Source: Hypanus sabinus (lineage: Eukaryota). Taken from it: a DNA stretch of 64,000 nucleotides. Location of the stretch: the NCBI RefSeq assembly GCF_030144855.1, contig NW_026779211.1, forward strand, positions 62,001-126,000. The letters run 5' to 3'. A program made the position numbers and the translations under genes. This document shows, piece by piece, positions 13,032 through 25,419 of this stretch. The notes beneath the pieces were generated by a model. It worked only from the letters and a program-made list of their open reading frames with translations. It was not told where the DNA came from and did no database searches. The number at the start of each line of letters is the position of its first letter. The first letter of the stretch is position 1.

Positions 13032-13070
13032 CACAGTTGCAGAGAGAAACGAGCAAACGCGACAAAAACC
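13032..13070 (+). other. 23-RSS of V6
   Basis: CACAGTT-23 nt-ACAAAAACC. Confidence 0.9.
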
Positions 13071-13269
13071 TCAACCGTCAACAAGGAGAAGCTCGAGTAG
13101 AGAAGAGGATATGACGTTTGCTGCTGCTTTCACACAAAGGACGCATGATTGACGGCAGAGGAACGGACCACATAGCACAGTACAGTGAATGATGCAAGTT
13201 ACACTAAGCCGATTTGCATATGGGTGAATGTTCCTTAATTCCCTGCTGATTTATCAACTTCCACCACTG

Positions 13270-13720
13270 TTTTCAGCGCGTTTCCCTATCGGTAAACAAA
13301 CGTGCCCCGCTCATCTTGGACAAGCACTGTTAAAATGCGAAAACCGACGGTATGAACATCTATTTCTCTAACTCCCGGTAACGCCCCCTTCCTTCACCAT
13401 TTCCAATTTACTCTGTCACTTTCCCTTCCCTTTGTTGGTGCTGCCCGCTTTTCCTTCTTCCATGGCTAATAAACTCTCCTATTAGATGCCCCCTTCTCCA
13501 GCCCTGTATCTCATTCACCAGTCAACCTTCCAACTCAATACTTCACCCCACCCGCTGCCCCTCCCCATTTCACCAGTCAGCTGGCATTTCCCTACACTAC
13601 CCCCACTCGCCCTTAATCTGACTCCTCATCTTTTTTCCCCTGTCCTTCCGAAGGGCCTCGGGCTGAAACGCCGGCTGTTTACCCTTTTCCACAGATGCTA
13701 TCCTGTTGAGCCCATAAAAC
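13270..13720 (+). mobile_element. Penelope-like/LINE 3' relic; similar inverted piece at about 23450-23830
   Basis: Ends ...DGMNIYFSNSR*, followed by a pyrimidine-rich stretch and a gaaggg...gaaacg tail shared with 16680-16745, 29990-30110 and 46960-47080. Confidence 0.4.
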
Positions 13721-13932
13721 TGTGAGATAGAGGATCAGAATCAGGCCATTTTACCCACCCAGTCTGCTCCGCCATTTCATCTCGCCTGATCCAACATCCC
13801 AATCGGCCCCGATCTCCTGTGCTCTCTCCGAATCCCTTCATATCCTGACCGAACAAGAATCTTTCAACTCCTTCTTACATATACATAAATTTCGGCCTCC
13901 CCATGTGCCTGTGGCCAGGTATCCCACAGAGC

Positions 13933-15215
13933 CACTGTGAGACTCCAGGCGCAGTAGTAGACGGCCGACTGGTCCGGGCGCACGCTGGCCGAGCTGAGAA
14001 TGAACGGCTCTGCATTGGGTCTCCAGGCGGTGAAGACGTCCACAGCCCCCTCCGGGATTACTGAGTCAATACCCACGGAATGAAACAGGTACTGAATCTC
14101 CGTTCCCGGATGTTGTCGGTACCAGTATAGATAATTGCTTGCGCCACCGCCGTCCAGCATGCAATTCAGCTCCACGCTCTCGTCGGGAGATTTGGAGAGA
14201 GCCGGCGTGTCCTGGCGAACCGACTGAGACGTCGCTCCTGCGGAAGGGAACGGGAAGTGGAGAGAGATCAGTGGGAGACCCGATTGTTAAACGGGAGGAC
14301 GAGGTTTAGGGGAAAAGGAACGATGTGATCCGTCTGAGAAAACATCGATGATTCTGGTCAATGATAAGAAACACAACGCTTGAGGAAATATTATAATTAG
14401 CAATATCTGCATATTAAAGAGCATAAAATATTGATATGATAATTATTTCCACCTTCTTTTACGCATTCGTAACCGAAACTGCAGCTCCTGAATCACTACG
14501 GTTTAGTAACACCGCGACCACCTTGACTATTGTACATTGAAACAGACCTGGTTTGTCTCTATACTAATTGTCCTGTTTCTTGTATAAAGTCGTGAATAAT
14601 TCATATTCCCGTCATTTTCCCCGACAAATGTTGCTTGTCTGATGTTCTGTGCCTTTGATATTGCCGCCAGTTAGTTGGTCAAGCACAATAAACTCCACAT
14701 TAACTTTGACATCGATATCGTCCATGCCGAACTCGTCCATGCCGGCACTGTTTACAACCGAGACCGTCCCAGTTGCCATCGTCCGGCCAAAAGCCACGTG
14801 AACCTCTCCTGTCGACGCCTTTCTGCACTAGAAGACGATGTTTAATGTTTGTCATTATATCCGCCATTATTTCTGCTTGCCAGTTCTAAGTAACCATTAA
14901 TATCTGGTGTTCCCTTACAATCTGTCCCCTCTCATCATAAACCCGTGCCGTCTCGTTATAAACCCCCGTTCCCGTCCCGTTTTAATTCTGAGCCCTTGCG
15001 ATTATCGTCGACTGTCCCGGGAATGAAATGCGAGTCGACGCAAACCTATTCTTGTATCTCGGACACGCAGACTCCGGCAAAATTCTGAAAAAGCATCTCC
15101 GCACTATTTCCAGTTTAACAGAGTGACCAGACCTGGTTACGGATTGAAGATTAATTATTGTGTGAGATTATTTCATACCCTGAAGCAACGGCGGCAGGAC
15201 GAGTAACAGCAACAT
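13933..15215 (-). pseudogene. TRBV: V7: family A V with an open frame but no RSS nonamer (leader 15179-15215, V exon 13940-14237, heptamer 13933-13939)
   Basis: Leader MLLLLVLPPLLQ G|gtatga; GATSQSVRQ...YYCAWS is open. CACAGTG is present, but homology to other A spacers stops 4 nt later and the nonamer position reads GGCACATGG. Confidence 0.8.
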
Positions 15216-16745
15216 CCTCTCTCCGGGATCATTCTCTGTGTTGTGCGAGGGAGCAATTACGGGAGAAAATGCGGCATCAGGACCCTGCCCCTACCGGGCA
15301 CATTGCTGCCCTCAGTCACCAATCCGGAGTACGGAAAATGCTGAAGAGTTGGGACAAAGCCCGAAACGTCATTTCAATATCTGCGCCCAGACCTGGTGAG
15401 TTCTGACAACAATGTGTATGTGTGTTGATTCGGATGGACAGCATCTGGAGACTTTCGCGCTTTAGCGGGTAGTAAACTCCGCCATCATTAACAGTAGCCC
15501 GCCCAGCACAGAGCACATCTTCAACAGGCGATCATTCAGTAAGGCAGCATCAATCATCGTCGAGCTCCACCACCCAGTACATGCCCTCTTCTCATTACTA
15601 CCATCAGGGGCAAGTGCGGGAGACCGGGGATCCACACACAACGATTCAGGAACAGCTTCTTCCCCTCCGCCATCAGATTTCTGATCGGAACATGAACCCA
15701 TGAACACCACCCCGTGTTTTATGTCCTCTCTTGTTTGAACCNNNNNNNNNNNNNNNNNNNNNNNNNNNNNNNNNNNNNNNNNNNNNNNNNNNNNNNNNNN
15801 NNNNNNNNNNNNNNNNNNNNNNNNNNNNNNNNNNNNNNNNNNNNNNNNNNNNNNNNNNNNNNNNNNNNNNNNNACTGCTTAATTGTACATCTGATTTTTC
15901 ACCTAGTTATTAATTTCCGTATTAGTCTATTTATTTATCTGCTATTTATTATCTGCGCAGTCGTCTTTTTATTAATTTATATGTGTATTTAATCACATTT
16001 ACTGTAATTGATAATATATTTGATCCATTGCACCGGACTGCTGTCGAAGTAACAATAAATTTTACCACATATACCAGTCATGATAAACCGGATTCCAGTT
16101 CTGATAATGATCCGCCATTCCTCACCTTGTGATTCCTCCGCCTCAGATTGGCGGCCTGGTCGCCTGGAGACCAGGAGGGGTAGCTGTAGGAGGAGCTGAA
16201 GTTGACAGAATCAGAAAGGGAAGGGATCTGGAGTGTGGAATCAGCGGAGAACACTTGTAATTGCAGGTCAATATAGTTTGCCTCCCGCTGAACTTCCAAC
16301 CTTTTTATTTATGTCACGGACAGATTTTACGATGCAAGGGATCCGTGGTCTCCGTCTACGATTAATATTGCTGATGAAGGACGTCTCGTCTGACTTTGCG
16401 GGCTCGCGTCCGGCGGCAGAACTGGTCGGTCATTCCGGAGTTCCGGAGTTTGAGACCAGGGATAGAAACGTGAACGGGAGGGCTTTGAAAATATGAAATT
16501 TGGGTTGGTGAGTTGACCAGTGTCTGTCCCGTGCTGCTCGATGACGCTGGTGGGGCATCATCTGGGATAGAATTAATTTGCTTTCTCCATCCATCCTGCA
16601 GAGGGCGATATCACACCATGCATCGGGCAATGAAGGACATCCAAGCAACAGACACAAAATGCAGGTGGACCACAGCAGGCTCGGCAGCATCTATAAGGAG
16701 AAGCATTGCCGAGGTTTCGGAGCAAGACCCTTCGTCGGGACTAAC
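15100..16745. repeat. Large inverted repeat with about 29985-31700
   Basis: For example, 16021-16096 is the reverse complement of about 30635-30711; includes the family A leader, Rex1 piece and CTCF block. Confidence 0.85.
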
Positions 16746-18220
16746 TGAAAGGAAAGATACGAACAGCTTTGAAAGTGGGAGGGGCAAGGGGAGATCCGAA
16801 ATAATAGGAGAAAACAGGAGGGGGGAGGAGCTGGAAAGTTGATTGGCAAAAGGGATACACAGCTGGAGAGGGGAAATGATCACGGGACGGGAGGCCTAGG
16901 AAGAAAGAAAGGGGGAGGAGAGCACCAGCGGTAGACGGGGAACAGGCAAGGAGTGATTGTGAGAGGGGGAGAGAAAGAGAAAAGGAGCGAAGCAAAAGGG
17001 GGGTGGGGAGAGATTAATAAATTAATAAATAACGGGTGGTGTAAGAAAGGGAAGGGGGACTTCAACGGACGTTGGAGATATCTGTGTGTTACTTTTATAT
17101 ATCTACTTATTTAATTCCATATAGGTTTATTTATTTATTTATCGGCTACTTATTGTTTGCTTTTTTTCTGCGCAGTCGTCCATTTATTTATTTATTTCCT
17201 CATTTATTTATACTTGTCATTGTTTGTTCTGTTGCACCGGACTACTGAAAAACTAACAATAAATTTTACGACACATTCCAGATTGGCAGCCTGGTCACCT
17301 GGAGACCACGAGGGGGAGCTGCTTGAGGAGTGGAAGCTGATGCGTACCTGGAGCGTGGAATCAGCTCAGAGGAGCCGTTAGGTCAATTCGATGCGGTTCG
17401 TCACGGTCTGGGAGGGCCACTATTTTATGCCGCCACCGATACCATGAAGCAAGGCGTCGTAGGCTCAGGTCGGGAGCCACAGATCGCGGCTGAATATTGC
17501 CGACTGGCGAATTCTTTTGGGTTCTTGTGCGTTTCCAAAACCAGCGGCAGAAATGTTCCGTCACGCCACCCTTTGGACATAGTAGTTGGTTCAAAGGTTA
17601 AAAGGTACAATTTAATTTCGCAGAAATGTACACAATATACATCTTGAAATGTTCTTTTTCTTCGCAAACATCCCCGGAAACAGAGGCGCGGCCCAAGAGT
17701 GAACAAGAGATAAATGGTAGAAACCCAAAGCCCTACCACTTTCCCCGCAGCTGCCCCCATCATGACTCAATTATATGCGTGGTTGGGGAGGCCGCACTTG
17801 CAGTGACGTGTATTTCTTGGCACCTTGTTCTGGGAAAACGTGAGTGAACAAGAGCGAGTGCAGGATAAAATAATAATGATGGCAGCCGCTCTGTAGGTAG
17901 GGTGGACGATGGCAGGGTAAGAGAATCCAGAGCGACTGCGAGTGTCAGTGTTTCAGAGTGAGAGTGAAAAGATTTAAAGGGATCCGAGAAGGTGACAAGT
18001 CTAGGGACCGATTTTCTAGCGCAAGAGGTTGAGGCAATGCAATGGCATCTTTGAATGATAACGTCGATAAGACATTTGGGGACGGTCACTGAAATCAAGA
18101 AGCGAGGATCCGGGAGGTGGTCACGTGGTCCGCACGGCTGGGCAGGTCTGGGTGCTGCGCTCCATTATGACTCTTGCCTGGGGATTCATGCGTCAGAATT
18201 CATTTGTTTTGACCATCCGG

Positions 18221-18234
18221 CCAGCAGAGGGCGC
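18221..18234 (+). promoter_or_regulatory. CTCF-like site CCAGCAGAGGGCGC
   Basis: Exact match to the CCASYAGRKGGCRS consensus. Confidence 0.65.
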
Positions 18235-18806
18235 TATATCACCATTGGCCTAGCGATGAGGCTGTTCCACAGCTTCTAAAAGGAGAATCCGGTTTGCTCC
18301 TTATCCAGTGTGTCTCCCTTACTCGGCATATTATGTCCTTGCACCCACAATATCGCCGACTGTCAAGTTGCGATCCAATAATCGCCAATCCTCGTCAGTA
18401 TTTATATGCAGCGGTGACGCTGGAAAGCGGTATCCATCGATGAGAATTCAGGTATTGTCCTCTTCTCTTCACTACCATCGCAGAGGAGGGTCAGGAGCCT
18501 AAAGACACACATTCAGAAGATCAGAGACAGATTTTGCCATTTCGTTATCAGATTTTGCAAGGGCCCACGAACCAGAGCATCATCTCACTGTTAAGAATTT
18601 TCATGACTAATTTATTTCCACGCATTACAGCAAAACGCTATCAGAAAAATGATTCGTTCTCTCTCTCCCTCCCCCTCTCTCTTTTTCACCTTCCCTGTCT
18701 CTCGCTCTCACTCTTTCTCTGTCTCTTTGCCTATGCATCTGTCTAACTGATTAAATTCTCAACATAAACTCGTGCCCTCCCAAGGAGACTCTGGGATGGT
18801 CAGTAG

Positions 18807-18809
<3 letters not shown>

Positions 18810-18866
<57 letters not shown>
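18810..18866. repeat. (GT)n microsatellite
   Basis: Read directly. Confidence 0.95.
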
Positions 18867-18868
<2 letters not shown>

Positions 18869-20305
18869 AGGGGGGTGGAGTGATATTTCGATTTTCTCTT
18901 GTTGGGTGTTAGGACTCCCGATGTCCAATGACATCGCTGACTTCCTGCCCCGGTTCCGTGCAAATTGCGTCATTGGCTGCGGAGGGGCAGCTATGGATGA
19001 ACATCCATGAACATCCCCGAGAATCCATGAGTTGCGCAACAGGCCGGTCGACTCAAACGGCACACCCGGACCACCTTGGCGGTCTACGCTAACCCCATTT
19101 GTCCCGTATTCACTCACTTCCAGTCTGCATTGGATCTACACCCGATAGATACACTTTCAACCACTCGACAACTCATCCTCCGAGTATTATTTATTTAACT
19201 ACACTGTGTTTTGAAGTAGATTTCTTCTTGTGCAAACAGTCTGTTGTTTACTAAGTTCTGTAGTTTCTTTACATTCCTGTAAATATTCGCAATAAAATGA
19301 ATCTCAAGGTAGACGCGTAACGATTGCATTTTCTTCTTCCTTATCTTTCACTCTTTCGCTCTCCCACTCTCCTCCCATCCTTCCGTCTCTCTGTATCTCT
19401 TTCTCCCGGACTGTAGTTCTCCCTGAGTTTCTCCCTGCTCGTAACTCGCTCATCTGACTATCTCTTCGTTTATTTGTTTTGATATGTATCTCTGTGAAAA
19501 ACGCCACAGCGATGAACAACGCCTTCGGCCAAATGAGCCAAGCTCAGATCAGAATGAAAATTACACCGGAATATCAGACAGCTGAATCGAACCTGATCAG
19601 CGTTTACGATCCGGACTTCAAACTCCTAACGGTACCGCGGATGAAAATACAAATACCCTCTAGCAAGTTTAATCCCGTCCGCCGGTGAGGAAGTGTAATT
19701 TCCATGACTAAACACAAAGGGGAGAAGGCCGGCCGTCCACTGGTGCTTGGTCATTGGTGGTCTGATCTGGGAGTTCAGCGACATGAGTTCGGAAGGACGT
19801 TTCGAATTTTCAACCCTCGACCTAGCAAAACAACAGCCAGTGTCGCACTACGTGAGTCCACCAAGACCACCACCCCTAGCAATGATACTGTGCTGTTGTG
19901 ACATACTTGGGATCAACGGCAGAATAAGTCGGATGCAATGTGACCTACAAGCCAGCACCTATCCGAGAGAGACTCCGGCCGCTTTAGGAAAATGTGTAGC
20001 AGAGTGCTAATATTCAGGAGAAGCACTTTGTGTTGTCTGTTTAGATTTCTGTTCTGCTACTGGCCCGTTGACGTCTGCGTCACTTCCTGCGCGTCATACA
20101 ACGGGCGGTATTAAAATTCAAATGCCAAAACCAGAGCGAATCTGGAAGTACAGTCGGTTTTGTACGACGGTGTTAGTAGTTGATGAACAAACATACTTAG
20201 GAGAGACATTGGTTTTGATTTGGTAATTAATCAGAGGTTTCTGAACTACCATCAGTAAAAACACAGATATGGATTTCCCATTTCTCATTATTTCCTGCAG
20301 ACTCT

Positions 20306-20359
<54 letters not shown>

Positions 20360-21045
20360 TTAACTATCTATCTACCCATCTGCTTGTCCGTCTGTCTGTC
20401 TATCCATCTATCCAACCTACTATGTATGCATGTCTGTATGAATCGAACGATCTCCCTCCCGATCATTTATCTAAATATAATTCTGCTTTCCGTTTATCGG
20501 TTGAGATCTCAATGGTATCTGTTCCGGGGAAGGTCCGACCTGTATAAACGGGACGAGCTGCATCGGAGCGCGAGGGTAAACACATGCCCTTCCTGGCAGG
20601 TTTGCTCGAGCTGATCAGGAGCGTTTAAACTAATTATTAAGGTACTTCTAAATAATTTAGAGAAATACTAAATAGCTTGTTTTACTATTGCCAGAAGCAC
20701 AGTAAAGATCAGAAATGTTTTGAACGCCATCGCTACAAATAATTTAATCACTTCAGTTGTGAATGTTGCTGTGGCTGAAAGAGGCTTGCCAAATGTCCTC
20801 AGATCAGTGAGAAATTGCAGGCGCTTTCTGTATTTTTGTGAAGTGTTTCTGAAATACTTGAGGCATCTTTGCCTTTTTCTCCTGATCTGATTTCCTGTCA
20901 TTCGGTTTTGGGTTGTGCGGATTGGAAGAATCAAAAGCCAATTGGAAAGTCACACTGGCCGAGACTTGGATATTGAAGTTAATTGTGCAGCGGCCCCTAG
21001 TGGTGGGAGACAGCGGGTCCTGAGCCTTCAGCGATTGTGCAGAAC

Positions 21046-21084
21046 AGTTTTTGTCAGGGGCGGCTCGACTTCTCAACCTCTGTG
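21046..21084 (-). other. 23-RSS of V8
   Basis: CACAGAG-23 nt-ACAAAAACT. Confidence 0.9.
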
Positions 21085-21533
21085 CGCTACTGCAGGCACA
21101 GAAATAGACGGCCGAGTGAGAGTGCGAGGCATTCTTTAGTTCCAGCTGAAAGAAAGTGCTGCTGGTTCTTGTTGCCGCGTAGGATTCCGACGTGTAACTG
21201 TTGACGAAATCTTTCCCAGTAGAATAGGAAAGAGCTTCTATTGCCCCGTCCGGTCGCTGTCTGTACCAATACATATAATCATAGTCCGAATTCAGCAGCC
21301 TGCATTGGACGGTGCTTGACTGTCCCAATCCAACTGACAGGGAAGGGGGAAACTGCTCCACGTACACGGCCAGCATCCCTGTAAGCGATAAATTCCATTA
21401 GAGACTAATTTCTCTCAGAGATGGGGGGCCGTTCTCTGAACCTGAGTTACTTTCCCCAAAAAAATTGTTATTCTGACTTACGCGGGATCAATGCCAGGAT
21501 CAGCGGAAGACAATATGTTCCCCGCATCATCAT
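21085..21533 (-). CDS. TRBV: V8: intact TCR-beta V, divergent family D (leader 21482-21533, V exon 21085-21378)
   Basis: Leader MMMRGTYCLPLILALIP R|gtaagt; acceptor ttacAG; MLAVYVEQFPPSLSVGLGQSSTVQC...MYWYRQ...SAVYFCACSS. Confidence 0.88.
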
Positions 21534-21640
21534 TTGCAGAGTAGACACAGGCGGGCTTTGGGGTGGAGTGTCGATCAAGACCCGCTTTCAGAAGAAGTAT
21601 ACTGCGTTGCTCGATATAATTGCTGGTGCTTATTAGCCCT

Positions 21641-21660
21641 ATGACGTCTGTCACTTCCTG
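21641..21660 (-). promoter_or_regulatory. V8 promoter Ets + CRE-like motif CAGGAAGTGACAGACGTCAT
   Basis: Lies 108 bp upstream of the V8 ATG; GGAA core next to a TGACGTC half-site. Confidence 0.55.
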
Positions 21661-22074
21661 TGTAATTAGTAGGTGGTACATTTTTCTTTCGTCGTCAGTA
21701 GAAAGCCGGAGGAGAGTGGAGGTCGCAGTTTCCGCAATGTCGCTTCATTAAGGAAACATAACTACAGGACTAGACACACACACACAAATCGAAGCATCTA
21801 TCCATCTATCTACGGATCTTCCTGAATTATTCGAAATGCTTCTGTATGTTTCACCGGTCACTGACTCAGATGCTGAAAGCGCGTGAACTCCACAGGGATT
21901 TCGTGGTGGGTGAATGAAGAAGCTGTGAAGATGCATCAGCTATGGGGAAACTCCTTGCTGTTCCTGGTTAGAAAAAAAACTAACAATACTTCTGAGCCAG
22001 GGTTGGGTTCATCGCTTCTTGGAATGAAGGAACTACAAACTTGCTGCTTATCTATCATAATATGCATGTATTTG

Positions 22075-22096
22075 TCTGTCTGTCTGTCTGTCTCTG

Positions 22097-22155
<59 letters not shown>
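22075..22155. repeat. (TGTC)n/(TATC)n microsatellite
   Basis: Read directly. Confidence 0.95.
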
Positions 22156-22626
22156 GCCTATCTTACTGAATTATGTGGAATTATCCGTAATGTATTTGTG
22201 TGTGTCCACTGATTCACTGACTCTGGACCCACAGACAGAAAGCGCGTGAAATGCACAGGGAATTTCGTGGCGAGGAGATGCAGAAGTTGTGGTTATACGG
22301 CAAACACAGAACGTCGCTTATCTCCTGGTAGGAACAGAAGCGAAAGATTAGTAGCAGCCCAATATGCTCCTGCCTCGGACATCGGCAATCTCTCCTCTAG
22401 ACGGAATACTATGAAAGGAGAGAAGGAGCAGCGAAGGTCTGCAGAGGTGATAATAAAGACAACACAACATAAACTCAGTGGCCTCATTATCAGCTGCAGC
22501 TAAGCACTGACTACACAGACATCCCGCTCTCTCCGTTGACAACCTGCTCTTAAAATCAAGGACGCCGTCAATCATTCTGGCGCTTTCAAACTTACACTCC
22601 CATTTGTCCACGTTTTAATTCGATAC

Positions 22627-23146
22627 GTGGCCACTTTATTAAACAGCTCCACAACCACTCGTTAATGCAAATGCCTCATCAGCCAACCGTGTTGCAGCAA
22701 GTCAATGCATAAGAACATGTATAAATGGTCAAGAGGTTCCATTGCTGTTCAGTTCAAACATCAGAATAGGGAAGAAATGTGATCTAATTTACTTTGACTG
22801 TAGAATTTATTGGTGCCAATCCGGGAGAGGATGCCTACCTCAGAAACTACTGATATCCTGGGATATTCACACACAACACTCTCTCGTGTTTACAGATAAT
22901 GACGAGAAAAAATGTTGTGGTAATTATGTGGGAGAAAACGGCCTGTTCATGGCCGAGGTCAGAGGAGAACGGCCAGACTCTGATAAGCTGAGAGGAAGGC
23001 GGCAGTAATTCAAGTAACCACGTGTTACAACAGTGGTGTGGAGAGGAGCATCTCTGAATGCACGATATTTTGACCCTTGAAGCGGATGGGTTGCAACAGC
23101 AAAGGACCACCTACATACTGTGAGTGGGCATTTTATCGAGGGCAGG
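22627..23146 (+). mobile_element. Tc1/mariner-derived non-autonomous element
   Basis: gtggccactttatt terminus; degenerate N-terminal transposase (GKKCDL..FD; ETAELLG in the second copy). Confidence 0.65.
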
Positions 23147-23966
23147 AAGTCACAAAACGGATGTTTCCCCCATCAAGTACATAACTATACAGGACATAGA
23201 TGCATGTGCGAGATATTAGCATTGCTACAGGTGCATCCGTAGAGCAAACTTTTACAGAGGCACCGGTATAACTTCTGCGCGTTGTTGTGTGTCGTTCGAG
23301 TCGGACAATGTGCAGCGATATACAGGTGTGCTGCTGCCCCCAAGTGGCGAAAATCCCGTTCTGCACCTCTTGAGGAATAGATGGAAGGTTTTTCCGTGGT
23401 CGGAGACTCGCGCTCCGGCTCTCTTGACGACGTGCAGAAAAGTGTGACCTTGGACTTTTCAGCCCGAGACCCTTCATCAGGACTGCGAGTGAAAGGTGGA
23501 TCGGGGGGAGGGGGACGATGCCTGAAATTCAAAGCTGCGGGATGGGTAAAAGGCCAGCTGGAGTGTGATAGGTGAAGTCAGGTGGAAGGAAAAGGTCAAG
23601 GGCTGGAGTGGGAAGAATATGATAGGAGAGGAGACGGAAAACAGGTGAAGGGGAAGGAGGAAAGGGCAAAGGGGGAAGGTATATTCAGGCTGGAAGAAGA
23701 AAAAGCTAAAAGTAATACACGCTATCAGGTTGGAGGGTACCCAAATGGAATATAACAGGTTGTTCCTCTACCTTGAGGGTGGCCTCTTCTTGACACGAGG
23801 TCGTCATGGACCGATACGTCGGAAGGTGAGAGGGAATCGGAATTACAGTGCTGGGCACCAGAGAATTCCCTGTGCAGTTATTCGGTGAAAAGCTTGTTCG
23901 CAGAGATCAATTCATAACCTGTCGGAAAGGCTCACACCCAGGCTCAGACTGACATCAAGCCGGTGA

Positions 23967-24005
23967 GGTTTTTGTTCAGCTCCTCCGTCTGGCCCAGTCG
24001 CTGTG
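23967..24005 (-). other. 23-RSS of V9 relic
   Basis: CACAGCG-23 nt-ACAAAAACC. Confidence 0.85.
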
Positions 24006-24329
24006 ATCACGCCAGGCACAGAAGTATGCGGATGGCGAGGACGGCCGTGTATAGAAGAGGGAGGATTGAATTTGGGATATTTTCGTGCGGCGGTCGGTAT
24101 GGAGAAAGATCAGAGTGAGGATGGAAATGTGCGGAGAAAAGCGCATAATGAGACAGAAAAGGCACAGGACGAAAGGAGTTGAGGATCACCCTAGGGAAAA
24201 GAGAGGAATGTTAGCAAATTTCCCTCACACTGGACGGAGACGATCAGTTGGAGAGACAGCAACATCTTCCCTGGAGACTTACCACAACCCGTTCACAACG
24301 GTAGACAAGTGGTGATTGCCTCGGTGCAT
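24006..24329 (-). pseudogene. TRBV: V9: internally deleted V relic (family E), not shown as a V in the ORF track
   Basis: Leader-like exon 24283-24329 (ATG CAC CGA GGC...TGT CTA CCG TTG...|gtaagt). An FR1-like TKISQIQSSLFYT is joined in frame to RPSSPSAYFCAWRD directly before an RSS. Confidence 0.7.
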
Positions 24330-25419
24330 TCTTTTCTTCCGTAAATGGTCATTGGCAACACCGAAATCCACGCCCCCTGCTTCGTTTAACCAATCTGTAT
24401 CGAGGCATGCGTCAGGAATACTCACTCGAATCGTCATTGTCCCTTCATGACTTTCTACATCGCTTTCTCACTGATAGACGCGTAACGATTGCATTTTCTT
24501 CTTCCTTATCTTTCACTCTTTCGCTCTCCCTCTCTCCTTCCATCCTTCCGTCGCTCTGTATCTCTTTCTCCCGGACTGTAGTTCTCCCTGAGTTTCTCAC
24601 TGCTCGTAAATAGCTCTTCTGTCCATCTCTTCCTTTATTTATTGTGATATATATCTCTGTTAAAAACGCCGTAGCAATGATCAGCGCAATGAGACAATAT
24701 CAGTTCAGAATGAAAAAAATACACCCGAAATCGGACAGCTCACTCGAATTTGATCAGCGCTTAGGATCCAGACTTCAACCCTCTAAAGGTACGTCAGAGA
24801 AAATTACAAATGCCCTCTACCGAGTTTAATCCCGTCCACCGGAGAGGACGTATCATTCCCATGACTAAACACAGAGGGACGGCCGCCCGCTGGAGCTTGG
24901 TCTTTGGTGTTGTGATCTGGGAGTTTCGGGACATGAGATCGGAAGGACGTTTCGAATCTTCGAGCTTCTACCAAGCCGAACCACAGCCATTGTCGCACTA
25001 CCTAAGTTCACCAAGAACACAACTCTTTACCGTGGTTCTGTGCTGTTTTGACATACTTGGAATCAACTGCAGAATAAGTAGGAAGCAATCTGTCCCACAA
25101 ACCAGAATCTTTCCGAGAGAGACTCCTGACGCTTTGGAATCATGTGTAGCACAATGCTAGCATTCAGGAGAAGGACTTTGCGTTGTCTGTTTAGATTACT
25201 GTTATGCTACTGGCCCGTTGACGGCTGCTTCACATCCTGCGCGTCATACATAGTGCGGCATTAAAATTAAAATGCCGAAAGACGAGCGCAGCTGGTAGTA
25301 CAGTCGGTTTTGAACGACAGTGTAAGCAGGTGATGAACAAACATACTTAGGGGAGACACTGATTTTGATCTGGTAATTAATAGAGATTTACTAGGATGTT
25401 ACCTGGGTTTCGATTTACT

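Larger units (their letters stand above)
19310..23550 (+). repeat. Central segmental duplication, copy 1 (copy 2 at about 24475-27700)
   Basis: 19310-20280 matches 24475-25934; 22110-23480 matches 26352-27700. Confidence 0.85.

Noticed and set aside
9651-19117. HT/VC/SL-rich ORFs and any CRISPR-like array
   Set aside because: These are translations of (CA/GT/CT)n microsatellites. The DNA is eukaryotic and shows no repeat-spacer structure.
19440-20000. Possible decayed V on the - strand (FIL..IW..AV-like stretch, CACAGAG near 19490)
   Set aside because: No WYRQ, no Cys pair, no nonamer at 23 or 12 bp; similarity is too weak.
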